Assembly: GCA_963798485.1 (NCBI GenBank)
Contig: CAWCTR010000017.1
Location: 160,001 to 224,000 of the forward strand
From: an uncultured delta proteobacterium
GTDB taxonomy: Bacteria; Desulfobacterota; Desulfomonilia; UBA1062
Direction: 5' to 3'
DNA length: 64,000 nucleotides
A program made the translations under genes and the position numbers. The notes under the pieces were generated by a model, which saw nothing but the letters and a program-made list of their open reading frames with translations, ran no database searches and had not been told where the DNA came from. Of this stretch, positions 21,383 through 31,477 are shown in pieces; position 1 is the first letter of the stretch, and each line of letters begins with the position of its first letter.

Positions 21383-22759
21383 ATGATCAACCCAATCCTG
21401 AAGTTCGTGGCATGCTGCAGGGCAGCCGGATATCGTATCTCCACCGCCGAGGTCATCGACTGCGTCGAGCAGCTCGAACTCGTCGACGTACTGGATGAGA
21501 CGGAATTCCGGGCAGCACTGCGGGCCAACTTTGCCAAGAGCAGGCGCGACCAGGCGCACTTTGACCGTCTCTACCACCTCTTCTTCCATGAACTCAGGGG
21601 GGACCTTTCCGAAGAGGAAGGTCTTGCCCAGAAGGCCGAGCAGGTAATCGGCTCCCTGAGAGATCAGGCAAACGGAGACCGTTCGCATAACGCCATCATC
21701 GAGTTCCTCTCGGGAGACCCGCTCATGTTCCTGGAGATGATGCGTCAGATCCAAACCCAAGGTGATACCCCCAGTTTAGGCATGAAATTCAACCTTGGTC
21801 CGTTGGCAAACAGGCTCAAGGTCATGGTGGCACTCAACAAGGTGCGTGATGAAATCGGCGGGTTTCTTCAGAAGAATCCCTTTGCGTTTAATAACGCCAT
21901 GCGCCAGGAGCTGACCAGATATTTCAATGAATATCTCCAAAGCGCCTTTGCACTTCTGCTCAAGGAGCCCAGGCCGTACACCGATGAGCAGCGGGGGTAC
22001 AAGACCCATGAAAAGCACCTCATGGAGCTCGGAGAAAGGCCCTTTGCATCTCTAACCGCCAGGGAGATAGAAGATGTCCGCGATGTCCTTGATAATCTTG
22101 TCCGGAAGCTCAAGGATATCATCTCATGCAGATATTCACAGAACCGTGAGGGCGTGCTGGATGTAAAGAAGACCCTCCGCAGGTCTGCCAGGTACAACGG
22201 TGTGCCTGTTGAGATCCTGTTCAGAAAACGACCCCCCAAAAAAGGTAAAATCGTCACCTTGTGCGACATCTCGTCTTCGGTCTGGTCGGCGGCCCGGTTC
22301 ATGCTCAATGTCCTGTACTCGCTGCATGAGTGCTTCGAGAAGGTGAACAGTTTTGTTTTTGTCGCAGGATTGAAGGAGGTCTCGGATGTATTCGACAACA
22401 ACGAGCCGAACCATGCCATCGAGATGATACTGAAAGACCTGGAATTCAACTATTATGTGCCTACGGATTATGGTGAGACCTTCAGGCACTTCAGACGCGA
22501 CCATATGGATGTCCTCACCAAGCGAACGACACTCATCATCATGGGGGACGCGAGGACCAACTACCTCCACCCGGAGGACAGGATCTTAGGGGAGATGAGG
22601 GAGCGCTGCCGGAGGGTCATCTGGCTCAACCCGGAGCCTTTGAGTAGTTGGAACACCGGGGACTCAGAGATGTATGCCTACAAACAGCACTGCCACGAGC
22701 TCAGGCAGTGCCGCAACCTCAATCAGCTCATCGAGTTCATTGAGGAGCTTATGCTCTGA
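21383..22759 (+). CDS. VWA domain protein (CoxE-like)
   Basis: MIDAS-like CDISSSV, TDYG, GDARTN, WLNPEP. Follows the MoxR gene. Confidence 0.9.
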   Translation: MINPILKFVACCRAAGYRISTAEVIDCVEQLELVDVLDETEFRAALRANFAKSRRDQAHFDRLYHLFFHELRGDLSEEEGLAQKAEQVIGSLRDQANGDRSHNAIIEFLSGDPLMFLEMMRQIQTQGDTPSLGMKFNLGPLANRLKVMVALNKVRDEIGGFLQKNPFAFNNAMRQELTRYFNEYLQSAFALLLKEPRPYTDEQRGYKTHEKHLMELGERPFASLTAREIEDVRDVLDNLVRKLKDIISCRYSQNREGVLDVKKTLRRSARYNGVPVEILFRKRPPKKGKIVTLCDISSSVWSAARFMLNVLYSLHECFEKVNSFVFVAGLKEVSDVFDNNEPNHAIEMILKDLEFNYYVPTDYGETFRHFRRDHMDVLTKRTTLIIMGDARTNYLHPEDRILGEMRERCRRVIWLNPEPLSSWNTGDSEMYAYKQHCHELRQCRNLNQLIEFIEELML

Positions 22760-23916
22760 TGCACATGGGATACGATCCAACAGATGATTTGAAGGATCTC
22801 CGGCAGCGCTCGGCTGATTTTGCGCTGCGTTCCATCGCCGCCAGGAAAGGACTCTCATCAAGCACCTCCTTTCCCCTGGACCTGTGGAGAGAATTCGGCG
22901 GCTCCGGTATGCTGGGCATCGGCACACCAAAGGAATTCACAGGCAAAGGGTTGGGTTATACCGGTATCCGTGCGGCAGGCAGGGCCATTGCAAGGCACGG
23001 CTGCTGCCTTGGGATCACGCTGTCCTGGCTCATGCACGAGATTGCAGCCAGATTTATTTTCAGTGAATATGCATCCTCAGACCAGAAACGAAGATACCTT
23101 CCGGCCATGGCAAAAGGTGAGGCTACCGCGAGCATTGCCATTTCCGAACCAGGTGTAGGAGGACACCCCAAGCACCTGAAAACCACGGCGGAGAAAACAG
23201 ACTCAGGTTATCTCCTTACGGGTGAGAAGACCTTCCTTACGAACGGGCCTATTGCAAACCTCTTCATTGTCCTTGCCGTAAGCGGCCAAGAGGGGGAAAG
23301 GAAATGCTACAGCGCCTTTATCGTACCCAGAGAAACACCCGGGCTCAGACAGGCCGAGCCTTTGGATTTCGGGTTCCTGCGGCCATGCCCACATGGCGGG
23401 ATTATTATGGATGCATGTATGATCCCCGAAGAGAATCTTTTGGGAATCCCCGGGACTGCCTATGAGGACATTGCGCTGCCCTTCAGAGAGGTCGAGGACG
23501 CCATGATGATGGGCCCCATCATTGGCGCCCAGGAAGCAAGGCTTTATGAGATAGCCACAGCCTTAAGGGAAAAGGCTTCCCCTTTGATGGGGGATATTCC
23601 ATTCCGGCTTGGCGGCTTAATCAGCACCTTGAGCGTGCTTGATATTATCGCGCTTGAGGCTGCGCAAAGGCTTGATGATGAAAAGGATCATGGGGGCATT
23701 ACCAACCTTATTCTTGCCTTCAGGCATATCTATGCAAAGATGCATCAGGAGTTTCATGAACTGATGACAATGACCGGTATAATCCCTTCCGAATCATATC
23801 AGGCGCTCACCCATGATCTTGACCACATCGTGCGCTTTGCCGAGCGGGTAGAGAGGATTAAACAGATGAAGCTTGGCCGGCTCTCATTTCTGCGGTTCAT
23901 TAAAACTCCCGGTTGA
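22759..23916 (+). CDS. Acyl-CoA dehydrogenase family protein
   Basis: AISEPGVG and LTGEKTFLTNGP. C-terminal half divergent. Confidence 0.8.
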   Translation: MHMGYDPTDDLKDLRQRSADFALRSIAARKGLSSSTSFPLDLWREFGGSGMLGIGTPKEFTGKGLGYTGIRAAGRAIARHGCCLGITLSWLMHEIAARFIFSEYASSDQKRRYLPAMAKGEATASIAISEPGVGGHPKHLKTTAEKTDSGYLLTGEKTFLTNGPIANLFIVLAVSGQEGERKCYSAFIVPRETPGLRQAEPLDFGFLRPCPHGGIIMDACMIPEENLLGIPGTAYEDIALPFREVEDAMMMGPIIGAQEARLYEIATALREKASPLMGDIPFRLGGLISTLSVLDIIALEAAQRLDDEKDHGGITNLILAFRHIYAKMHQEFHELMTMTGIIPSESYQALTHDLDHIVRFAERVERIKQMKLGRLSFLRFIKTPG

Positions 23917-23956
23917 TTTCAACCATAGGGTTTCTCGAAATAGGGGGCAATCTCCT

Positions 23957-24568
23957 TCAGAGCGGCAGGCACCTGATGCCTAGGGCCTTTTCCACATGGC
24001 CAACGGCGTGAAAGGCGGCATGCGGGATCCTGAACGGGATGCCGAAGAGCCTCCAGCTGATGAATTCCAGAACGAGACCGGTCTCAGCCACGGTATCCAT
24101 GTAGGCGAATTCCGTTCTCAGCGGTGTTGCCCGGATCGTGCCCCTTATCCATGTCGGGTAGCCGTGACTTTCAAGACGTGCTGCATGTACATCCACATTG
24201 TTCACCAGAAAGCCCAGGTGCTGTACGACCATGGGGCAATCAGGGTCTATGCAGTCCTTGTAGAAAGATGAACCTTCGCCCGGTTCCAGGAGTTCCACCT
24301 CGAAGCCCTTGTGATAGGCGATGCCCATCTTGCCCTTGAAATGTCCCAGCTTCCTGCGTTCATTCCAGAGGGCTAGACTGCCTGAGGCGATGAAAAAGGG
24401 GCCCAAGCCCTTTGCCTCCAGTTCTGCGGCAGCGGCTTGAACATCCGGCACCACGACTCCGATCTGGTGGATCAGGGGGAATTCGTATTTATCCCTGAAA
24501 TCTTTGGCGAGACGGGATACCGCCAGGGTGAAATTGTCGGCCTCGAGCAGATCATTGAAAGGTATCAT
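23957..24568 (-). CDS. VOC-family (glyoxalase/epimerase-like) protein
   Basis: HQIGVVV, VELLEP, QHLGFLV, LEFI. Confidence 0.8.
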   Translation of the reverse strand: MIPFNDLLEADNFTLAVSRLAKDFRDKYEFPLIHQIGVVVPDVQAAAAELEAKGLGPFFIASGSLALWNERRKLGHFKGKMGIAYHKGFEVELLEPGEGSSFYKDCIDPDCPMVVQHLGFLVNNVDVHAARLESHGYPTWIRGTIRATPLRTEFAYMDTVAETGLVLEFISWRLFGIPFRIPHAAFHAVGHVEKALGIRCLPL

Positions 24569-24650
24569 GGTTAGCCTCCTTACAAGGATGATGTGTAAAC
24601 AGTGACCGTAAAATTTACCCCATTCGTCTAATCATCATTCACGAATCTGA

Positions 24651-24848
24651 TCACTTTACCGGCTCATGGGCCTTGCGGCCATATACCCTCTCATAGGCCA
24701 TGCAGAATGGACAGAAGCCACCCTCTATGTTCTTCACAAAGGAGTAGGCAAGGCCTTCCTGTTTCCTCCGGGCTGTCCTGCACACCGGGCATTTTGTACA
24801 CACAGAGGCCAAAGCCCTCATGAACATACCGGCCTGTTTATTTTCCAT
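24651..24848 (-). CDS. Small Cys-rich hypothetical protein
   Basis: 65 aa with CxxCxxC and CPFC; purine-rich RBS. Confidence 0.65.
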   Translation of the reverse strand: MENKQAGMFMRALASVCTKCPVCRTARRKQEGLAYSFVKNIEGGFCPFCMAYERVYGRKAHEPVK

Positions 24849-24941
24849 GACCACCCCCACATAAAGGAATTGCTGATTACTATTATAAGCGTCCTGGTGG
24901 ATGCGGCAAGTATATTCAGGTTCTTTGTGCATGAATGTCAC

Positions 24942-26594
24942 CTATTCCAGGGCCAAAAGCTTCCGGTCCAGGAGCCAGGCATGAGCGGCAAGGGCTGCCT
25001 TGGCGCCGGCCCCTGCAGCGATGACGATCTGTTTTTCCGTCTCGTCCGTGACATCGCCGGCTGCAAAGAAACCCGGTATTGAGGTGGACTGATCGCGATT
25101 GACCTCAATCTCGCCCAGGTCATTGAGCTTCACCAGGTCCTTGACCGGCGCTGAGTTGGGGAGAAGCCCGATCTCAAGAAAGACACCGTCCACGTTCAGG
25201 TCAAGGCGCTCCGTCCCTTCCACCGCCTCCAGGCGGACACCCGCGAGCCTTTCCTTGCCGAGAAATTCCACAACCCGCATGCCGCCATGCAGGGTGACAT
25301 GCCGGGCCTCCTTTACCGTTTCAAAGAGCACCGCATCTGCCTGGAAACTTTTAAGGACATTGACGATATGGATCTCCTTGGCATAACCCAGCAGGTCCCT
25401 GGCTGCCGTGAAGGCGGAGTTTCCCCCGCCGATGACGGCTACACGCCTGTCGCGGTATAGCGGTGCATCGCAGGTTGCGCAAAACGCGATACCGTGGCCC
25501 AGAAAACGGCCCTCGCCTTCCACCCCCAAGGTGCGGTATTCCTTGCCTGCGCAGTAGATCACCGCCTTGGCCCGGTAAGTCTGTCCCGATGCCGTATTCA
25601 CCTCGAACAAGGAGTCTTTCCTTGTAATGGACGTCACCTTCTCGCCCATCTGCTCGGCAACGGCATAGCGTTCTGCATGGGCGCGGAATATGGCCGTGAG
25701 GTCCATGCCGCTCATGCCAGGGATGCCGAGCCAGTTCTCGATGCCGGCGGTGTTGGTGATCTGCCCCCCGAAGGCCTCACCAATCAGCGCTACTTCCAGG
25801 TTCTTTCTGATGGCATAGATGGCCGCAGACAGGGCCGCCGGACCTGCACCCACGATGATGATATCATAGGTACGCTCGGTCGTTGCAGGGATAGCCAGGC
25901 GCTCACCTGCGGCCTCACGCATCTGGGCGTCGATCTGCTCGTATTCCTTGGGCTTGACCACCTTCAGGACCTGCAGGATCGCCTGGAGGGGTGGCAGCGC
26001 ACCTTCGAAGGAGGCACCCTCATTGATGAGAGTCCTGGGCACACCGCTCACTTCGTAGCGCTGCACAAGCTGGGGGAACTGGGAGGATTCGATCATATCG
26101 GCGCGGATATTCTCGTTTGCAACAGCCATCTGGTGGGCAATGTGCACCATCTTGGGGCAATAGGGGCAGGTGAGCGTCACCATGACCTCCAGGTGCACCG
26201 GGACATCGATGACAGCAAGGAGGTGCTCGAGATCATGAGGCAGTCCTGATTGTCCGGCTGATACCATAAGCACGGCCTCGATGAGCGAGCCGAACTCATA
26301 GCCCATGGTCATGCCATAGAACCGGATGCCATAATCCTTCTCACCGATAAGGACCGTAGCAGGGACCTTGTTGACCCCATAGGTGCGGGCAAGATCGGCA
26401 TCAGCCAGAAGGTCTTTGATTTCCAGCGTGATCTTGTCCGAGAGTGCGGCAAATTCCGTCAACAGGTCCTCCTGCTCCCGGCACGCCACGCAGGGGTGCT
26501 CCTGGGTGAAGAACACGAGCCGGAGAGGGATCTTGAGGTGTTTCAAGACGGGCAGGAGTTCTTTCTTTGTCTTGGCATCAATAAGATCGGGCAT
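24942..26594 (-). CDS. AhpF-like fusion: two thioredoxin folds plus thioredoxin reductase
   Basis: CVAC and CPYC in the N-domain; GAGPA, FCATCD, GGGNSA, FAAGD. Confidence 0.9.
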   Translation of the reverse strand: MPDLIDAKTKKELLPVLKHLKIPLRLVFFTQEHPCVACREQEDLLTEFAALSDKITLEIKDLLADADLARTYGVNKVPATVLIGEKDYGIRFYGMTMGYEFGSLIEAVLMVSAGQSGLPHDLEHLLAVIDVPVHLEVMVTLTCPYCPKMVHIAHQMAVANENIRADMIESSQFPQLVQRYEVSGVPRTLINEGASFEGALPPLQAILQVLKVVKPKEYEQIDAQMREAAGERLAIPATTERTYDIIIVGAGPAALSAAIYAIRKNLEVALIGEAFGGQITNTAGIENWLGIPGMSGMDLTAIFRAHAERYAVAEQMGEKVTSITRKDSLFEVNTASGQTYRAKAVIYCAGKEYRTLGVEGEGRFLGHGIAFCATCDAPLYRDRRVAVIGGGNSAFTAARDLLGYAKEIHIVNVLKSFQADAVLFETVKEARHVTLHGGMRVVEFLGKERLAGVRLEAVEGTERLDLNVDGVFLEIGLLPNSAPVKDLVKLNDLGEIEVNRDQSTSIPGFFAAGDVTDETEKQIVIAAGAGAKAALAAHAWLLDRKLLALE

Positions 26595-26976
26595 AACATC
26601 CTCCTAAAAGATGGGACATGGAGAAACGGCATCCTCTTTAATATTCTAATACCGGATGTGCATGATTTCAACAGATCGAGGAACAAGGGAGGTCCTATGG
26701 AGATTAAACCTTGCGGAATCCTCTGTACGGGCAATCATCCCTTTTCAACTGTCGAGCGATTTGGGCACTGGTATTATAGCAGAGGTCAAGACAAAAAAGC
26801 CGGTATACACTCATCAGGGATGAAGTGGTGGTTGTTTACAAAGGATAAAGATCTCGCTGTCAGGACAGCTAAATCACACATAGAATAATTTGACCACAGG
26901 GTGATGATCTCTTTCGGAGAGTATCGGTTCTCAGGCATTTCAAAAAACAATAAGTTATCGCAGGAATCATCATAAG

Positions 26977-27032
26977 GAATAACGTGCTGATCACCGGCAG
27001 CTGTAAGCCGTCCGGTGGATTAAGGGTTAGAC
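26977..27032 (-). mobile_element. Integron attC site 1 (56 bp)
   Basis: Minus strand: R'' GTCTAAC, 5 nt, L'' ATCCACCG, stem, L' CGGTGAT, 6 nt, R' GTTATTC. L'' carries one extra base. The gene stop codon lies in R''. Confidence 0.92.
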
Positions 27033-27975
27033 GGCGCACACGTCCAGATTTGCGATCCCGCCACCCCGAAGCACAACCACTGTTTCTGTTCTGCTGTAGA
27101 TTTGGCGATCCGAAAAGTAAACAGTGCGGCTATTAATAGCTGCAACCTGATTGGTGTTGACCTCGAATCTCGATTGAAGTGGATCTTCGAGTACACCCAA
27201 CAAGGCCTGGCGCGTGTTTAGTGGAAATGAGACTTCGGTGCCAGGCAAACCATAACCGATCGGTCCACGCATGTTTGGGTCCTTGAATATAACCGCCACT
27301 GGATGATCGCATGTCACGAAGTCTGGAGCATCAGTTTCTGCGATGATCAACGACCAATACCGAGTACCGAGCAAGTGGAGTACTTGTTGAAACACTCCTA
27401 GCTCTAATGAGAGGCTATCATTGGTGCTGATTTCAACAGTGTACTGATCGTCCTGTATAAACTTTCTCATTTCTTCGAACGACACGTTAACACCTTCGGG
27501 AACGAAGCCGTTCTTTTTAGACTTAGAAATTTGGTATTCGAAGAGGCGTTGATCCGAGCTAAGTATGCTGCCAATAATGCGTGCCGTATGCTGATGAGCA
27601 GCATTCATAGCTCTCCGACTCTTTGGGTTGCGGACAACAAGCAGCGCCATTAGATTAATAACATAGCTGAACTCCTCGTCAGGAGGCAATTCACCGCTAT
27701 CTCGAATACCTTGAAGGACAGAGCCGGTTCTACCCTCAAACGCACCTAGTGCCTGCTCTAAGGCATCTGGATCTTGACCGTCGATATCTATTCGATTGAA
27801 ATCACGCATGGCAGCAACATTTCTAGGCTTGGTCTGAAATATGGAACCCGACACGAGATCCGATGCATAGAACTGCCCATCTCGAGTTCCATCGTCCGTA
27901 AACCCAGCGAGGTAGACTTGTGGTACAAAATGATGATTTCTAGAGGTCTTTTTCATTGTGTTACTCATAGTCTAA
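26983..27975 (-). mobile_element. Integron gene cassette 1
   Basis: Starts G|TTAGAC, the exact complement of its own R'' GTCTAAC. ATG follows immediately; one ORF plus attC. Confidence 0.9.
27027..27968 (-). CDS. DUF4238 domain protein (cassette cargo)
   Basis: N-terminal HHFVPQVYL, FVTCDHPV, FPLNTRQAL. Confidence 0.85.
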   Translation of the reverse strand: MSNTMKKTSRNHHFVPQVYLAGFTDDGTRDGQFYASDLVSGSIFQTKPRNVAAMRDFNRIDIDGQDPDALEQALGAFEGRTGSVLQGIRDSGELPPDEEFSYVINLMALLVVRNPKSRRAMNAAHQHTARIIGSILSSDQRLFEYQISKSKKNGFVPEGVNVSFEEMRKFIQDDQYTVEISTNDSLSLELGVFQQVLHLLGTRYWSLIIAETDAPDFVTCDHPVAVIFKDPNMRGPIGYGLPGTEVSFPLNTRQALLGVLEDPLQSRFEVNTNQVAAINSRTVYFSDRQIYSRTETVVVLRGGGIANLDVCAV

Positions 27976-28040
27976 CGTATTACTATACTGCACTTTTGCA
28001 GTATATCACCATTGTTATCCGAAGCACAATTGCAGTATAT
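27970..28040 (-). mobile_element. attI-like site and candidate cassette promoter, copy 1
   Basis: Minus strand GTATAGT-AATAC-GTTAGAC (7-5-7). 27979-28040 is identical to 55133-55194. TTGTGC-N18-TATACT with an extended TG. Confidence 0.75.
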
Positions 28041-28078
28041 CCAGATATTGAATGCAAGGTATTATGATGTTATAATAT

Positions 28079-28196
28079 TTAAATCGTTGATTTCGTGCCA
28101 TAGCCCACGGTTTAATATGATGTGTCTTACTGTGTATGTTTCAACCCAAGATCTTCGTTTTTTGAAATCTCAAAACCGACAAGAAATCGCAGTTAT
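28079..28196. repeat. Non-coding ~118-bp repeat, copy 1
   Basis: Aligns nearly gap-free with 55233-55351 and 56650-56765 (TTAAA..CGTGCCA..AAGATC..ATCGCAG). Confidence 0.8.
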
Positions 28197-28523
28197 GTTC
28201 ACCATGAGTAAAGTGACGATTTTGAGTTATAGTCTATGGTGGGTATTAATAAAACTTGGCTTAGTATGTTGGCACAATATCTATTTACATTCCAACATGT
28301 TATTAAATGAGTAAATTTAATTTTAACCCCATCTATTGACTTTCATTGAAGCAGAATTAATTTTTATAAATTAATCTATTAGTTATGCAAATTCTTTGTA
28401 GATACTATCAATAGTTTTTGATGAATAATTATTATCCCAGATTTTTTATTCACTTAGAGGAAAATCATTTACCAGAGGATTGGGATTAAAGAAATTAACT
28501 AATTGGAGAGAAAGGGGGTATCT

Positions 28524-31205
28524 ATGAGGAGAAAAACACGTATAGTTTGTTCAGTGCTGGTAGTTTGCGGGATTCTCACCGCTATTCCTGCAGCGTCCTA
28601 TGTTGTATGGATGTTGGCTGACCTCATGAATGTCGTTTCACCAACACAGCTGCAGACACTCAACTATCATCCTGTCGAGATCGTAGTAAACTTCAAGAAT
28701 GGAGCCATAGCAAATACCTTTACAGCTTCACTCAACGGGCATAATATCACAAGTGAGTTCACGCCTATCCAGGGAGGAGTACATGCCTATGTTACCCCGG
28801 ATGAAGGGCTGAACTGTTACATCATCGGTCAGAATTCGATACTGTCACAGATCAATTTTCTCGCCACGAGTATTCAGGGTAACGGTTATAAGTATGATGT
28901 AAATATCAATGAGTTCAATGTCAAATACTACCCGGTTAAGACAGCTCGGGACAATGTAGGAGTGTGGTTCATAACCGGGGGCGCTCTTGGTGATGTCATG
29001 GAGGCAATGGGGTATGCTGTGGCCACCGACAGGCTGTGGCAGATGGAGACATACCGCCGCACTGCAAGAGGCACACTTGCCGAGATATTAGGGTCATCTT
29101 ATTTATCAAATGATATCGGTGTGCGGACCATCAGCTATACCGATCAGGAACTCTCTGACGGGTTTGATGCCCTGGACAGGGATGCACAGATCGCCATATC
29201 AGAGTATGTAGAGGGTATCAATAAGCGTATCGACAATATCAAGGCAAATCCCTTACTGCTGCCGTTTGAGTTTTTGGCTGTGGGATTCCCACTCAATTAC
29301 ACCCCTGGTTATTGGACCGAAGAAGATATCCTTGCATGGATGTCATTCTTGTTGAGGGACTTCGATTGTGAGGCACTGGAATTTGGTCAGATCCAAAACG
29401 CTGCATTGTTCCAGGCACTGACAACTCAATATGGGGTCGCACAAGGCTACGGTATGTTCAACGACCTCAGGTGGTTAAACGATCCGAGCGCACTCACCTA
29501 TATCCCACCGGTTGCGACAACGGCTATGATGGCAGCCCCGGCCCTTGCTGCTCCCAGTGTCTCTGCCCAAGCACCTGCTATTCAGGGTATTTCGGGTGAT
29601 TTCCAAGGAGCTTATGAAGCCCTGTCTAACCAGAGAGATACCAATATAAATAACCTGAAAAATATCAATGCATTCGTGAAAATGGGGAGTTATGCATGGT
29701 CTATCTCAGGCAAAAAGACCGCGGACGGCAAACCGATTATTTACTCTGGTCCTCAGATGGGGATTACAGTGCCTCCAATCGTGATTGAAGGCTCTATAAT
29801 AGGTGGTGGTCTTACTATATCAGGGATGTCAGTCCCTGGTATCCCCGGCATCATTATCGGCCGGACACCGCATCATGCATGGTCCCAGCAGGTGGGGCAT
29901 GCGCATACGGTTGATTTTTACGTTGAATCTCCTTCGAGTATTACTCTCAACCGTGTGGAGACCATACATGTCGCCGGTCAGCCCGATTACACACTTCCCG
30001 TTTATCGTAGTAAGCATGGGCCGATTGTAAATCAAAGCCCACTACTTTCCTGGAAATACTCCCACTGGGGATATGAATTCAAGACGATCAAGGCGTACTT
30101 GAATCTTGCACGCGCACAGAGCATGGATGACTTCGGCAAGGCTATCGAGGATGTAGCTGTCAGTCAGCACTTCTGTTATGCAGACAAGGACGGGAATATC
30201 GCTTACTGGATGTCAGGCCGCGATCCTGTTAGGCCTGCTGGAGAATGGCGTCTGCCTCAGGGTATGATCGCTCCAGCACTTGAATGGGATGCCTCAGTCC
30301 TTATTCCGCGGTCAACGGATCGCAATAACGCCCAGGGTTATTACTGTGGATGGAACAACAAGAGCAACCCGAGCTACAATGATTCTATCAATAGTCCCGG
30401 CTACTTCTTCGGCCCGTTCGTCAGGGCTCACGTGATCAATGACTACCTTTCCACCAATAACAACCTCACCTATGAAGAGGTTCGGGACCTGGCCCTTTAT
30501 ATTGCTACCACTGATTCTTTTGGCCACGGGGGCATACCGTGGGATTTCGTGTCAGAGGATTTCACAAATGCCGTATTAAATAAGGCTGGAGGACCAAGCA
30601 CTGCTGAAAAGGCAGCCCTCAACCTTCTTTCGGCCTGGGACGGCAACTTTGTCGATGGAGGCCCCTCGGAATGGCGCGAGGGTGTAGACCGTTCCGATGC
30701 CTGGATACTCCAGGATGCCTGGATTCGAGAGGTTTTGAGGCTCACCTTTGCCAATACGCTGCCGTTCTATTTTGATGCCACTAATGATGCGGTAATATTC
30801 CGCCTGTTCAATGTATATCTCCACGCCATGGAAGGTGGCTTTAATAACTATCACTGGTTCCAAGGACAAGACACGAATGGCATCATTGTGACTGCGATTG
30901 ATAATGTACTTAAAAACCTTGGCCCGCAGCCATGGGGTACTGGGAAGCGCGGGGAGATCACGCTTGCAGATAGCTTCTTAGGCGGTACGGTTGTCGACAG
31001 TATACCATACGCTGAACGATCAACGTACGCTCATTGTGTTGAATTCGGTCCGAGCGGTCCCATTCGGATTGAAAGCATGTTCCCGCTCGGGGAATCGCAA
31101 AATATCCTCTTTAATGGCACAGGACCAGTATTCGATCCAAACTTCTTCAGCATGGTACCGATATACGACCCGTTTGAGCCAAGGTCATTCCCACTATTCC
31201 ACTAA
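28524..31205 (+). CDS. Penicillin/AHL acylase family (Ntn hydrolase)
   Basis: MGYAVATDRLWQM...RGTLAEILG, beta-chain start GSYAW, YADKDGNIAY, WNNK. Confidence 0.9.
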   Translation: MRRKTRIVCSVLVVCGILTAIPAASYVVWMLADLMNVVSPTQLQTLNYHPVEIVVNFKNGAIANTFTASLNGHNITSEFTPIQGGVHAYVTPDEGLNCYIIGQNSILSQINFLATSIQGNGYKYDVNINEFNVKYYPVKTARDNVGVWFITGGALGDVMEAMGYAVATDRLWQMETYRRTARGTLAEILGSSYLSNDIGVRTISYTDQELSDGFDALDRDAQIAISEYVEGINKRIDNIKANPLLLPFEFLAVGFPLNYTPGYWTEEDILAWMSFLLRDFDCEALEFGQIQNAALFQALTTQYGVAQGYGMFNDLRWLNDPSALTYIPPVATTAMMAAPALAAPSVSAQAPAIQGISGDFQGAYEALSNQRDTNINNLKNINAFVKMGSYAWSISGKKTADGKPIIYSGPQMGITVPPIVIEGSIIGGGLTISGMSVPGIPGIIIGRTPHHAWSQQVGHAHTVDFYVESPSSITLNRVETIHVAGQPDYTLPVYRSKHGPIVNQSPLLSWKYSHWGYEFKTIKAYLNLARAQSMDDFGKAIEDVAVSQHFCYADKDGNIAYWMSGRDPVRPAGEWRLPQGMIAPALEWDASVLIPRSTDRNNAQGYYCGWNNKSNPSYNDSINSPGYFFGPFVRAHVINDYLSTNNNLTYEEVRDLALYIATTDSFGHGGIPWDFVSEDFTNAVLNKAGGPSTAEKAALNLLSAWDGNFVDGGPSEWREGVDRSDAWILQDAWIREVLRLTFANTLPFYFDATNDAVIFRLFNVYLHAMEGGFNNYHWFQGQDTNGIIVTAIDNVLKNLGPQPWGTGKRGEITLADSFLGGTVVDSIPYAERSTYAHCVEFGPSGPIRIESMFPLGESQNILFNGTGPVFDPNFFSMVPIYDPFEPRSFPLFH

Positions 31206-31234
31206 GAAGTTTTCTTATAGTGCAAATACACTGA

Positions 31235-31264
31235 CCCTGCCCGTACTCCCGGGCAGGGCTTTTT
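31235..31264 (+). terminator. Rho-independent terminator
   Basis: CCCTGCCCG / CGGGCAGGG followed by a T tract. Confidence 0.75.
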
Positions 31265-31477
31265 CTAATATTATTGATCAATCATTAGTCTAAAACTTAT
31301 ATTATCAACTGGATATAAATGAGTGTTTCCCAATTCAGGTGAGATACTGTAGATTACGCAAAAGGATTATTGGTTTTATAAGCATGGAAAAACTATATAG
31401 TTCGTGCCATACACAACGTCCTGCCTATACTGATGATTCCTTTTGAAAATATATATTCTGGCTTATGGGCTAGTAAC

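Noticed and set aside
26953-26983. Flank as a Xer dif/pdif site (TTATGATGATT resembles a XerD arm)
   Set aside because: No XerC-like arm at 6-bp spacing.
27984-28005. Palindrome as a LexA SOS box
   Set aside because: CTGC-N6-GCAG does not fit CTGT-N8-ACAG. The binding protein is unknown.
28079-28105. Conserved TGGCACG in the three repeats as sigma-54 promoters
   Set aside because: None has TTGC or GC at -12 (CAAC, CTAT, CTAC). Kept only as a conserved block of the repeat.
27774-28314. ORFs 27774-28067, 28012-28314 and 55003-55227 (two share YYTALLQYITIVIRSTIAVY) as a conserved peptide or integrase remnant
   Set aside because: The shared peptide is just the translation of the identical 62-bp DNA block. 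The ORFs start antisense inside cassette genes or lack an RBS, and show no tyrosine-recombinase motifs.
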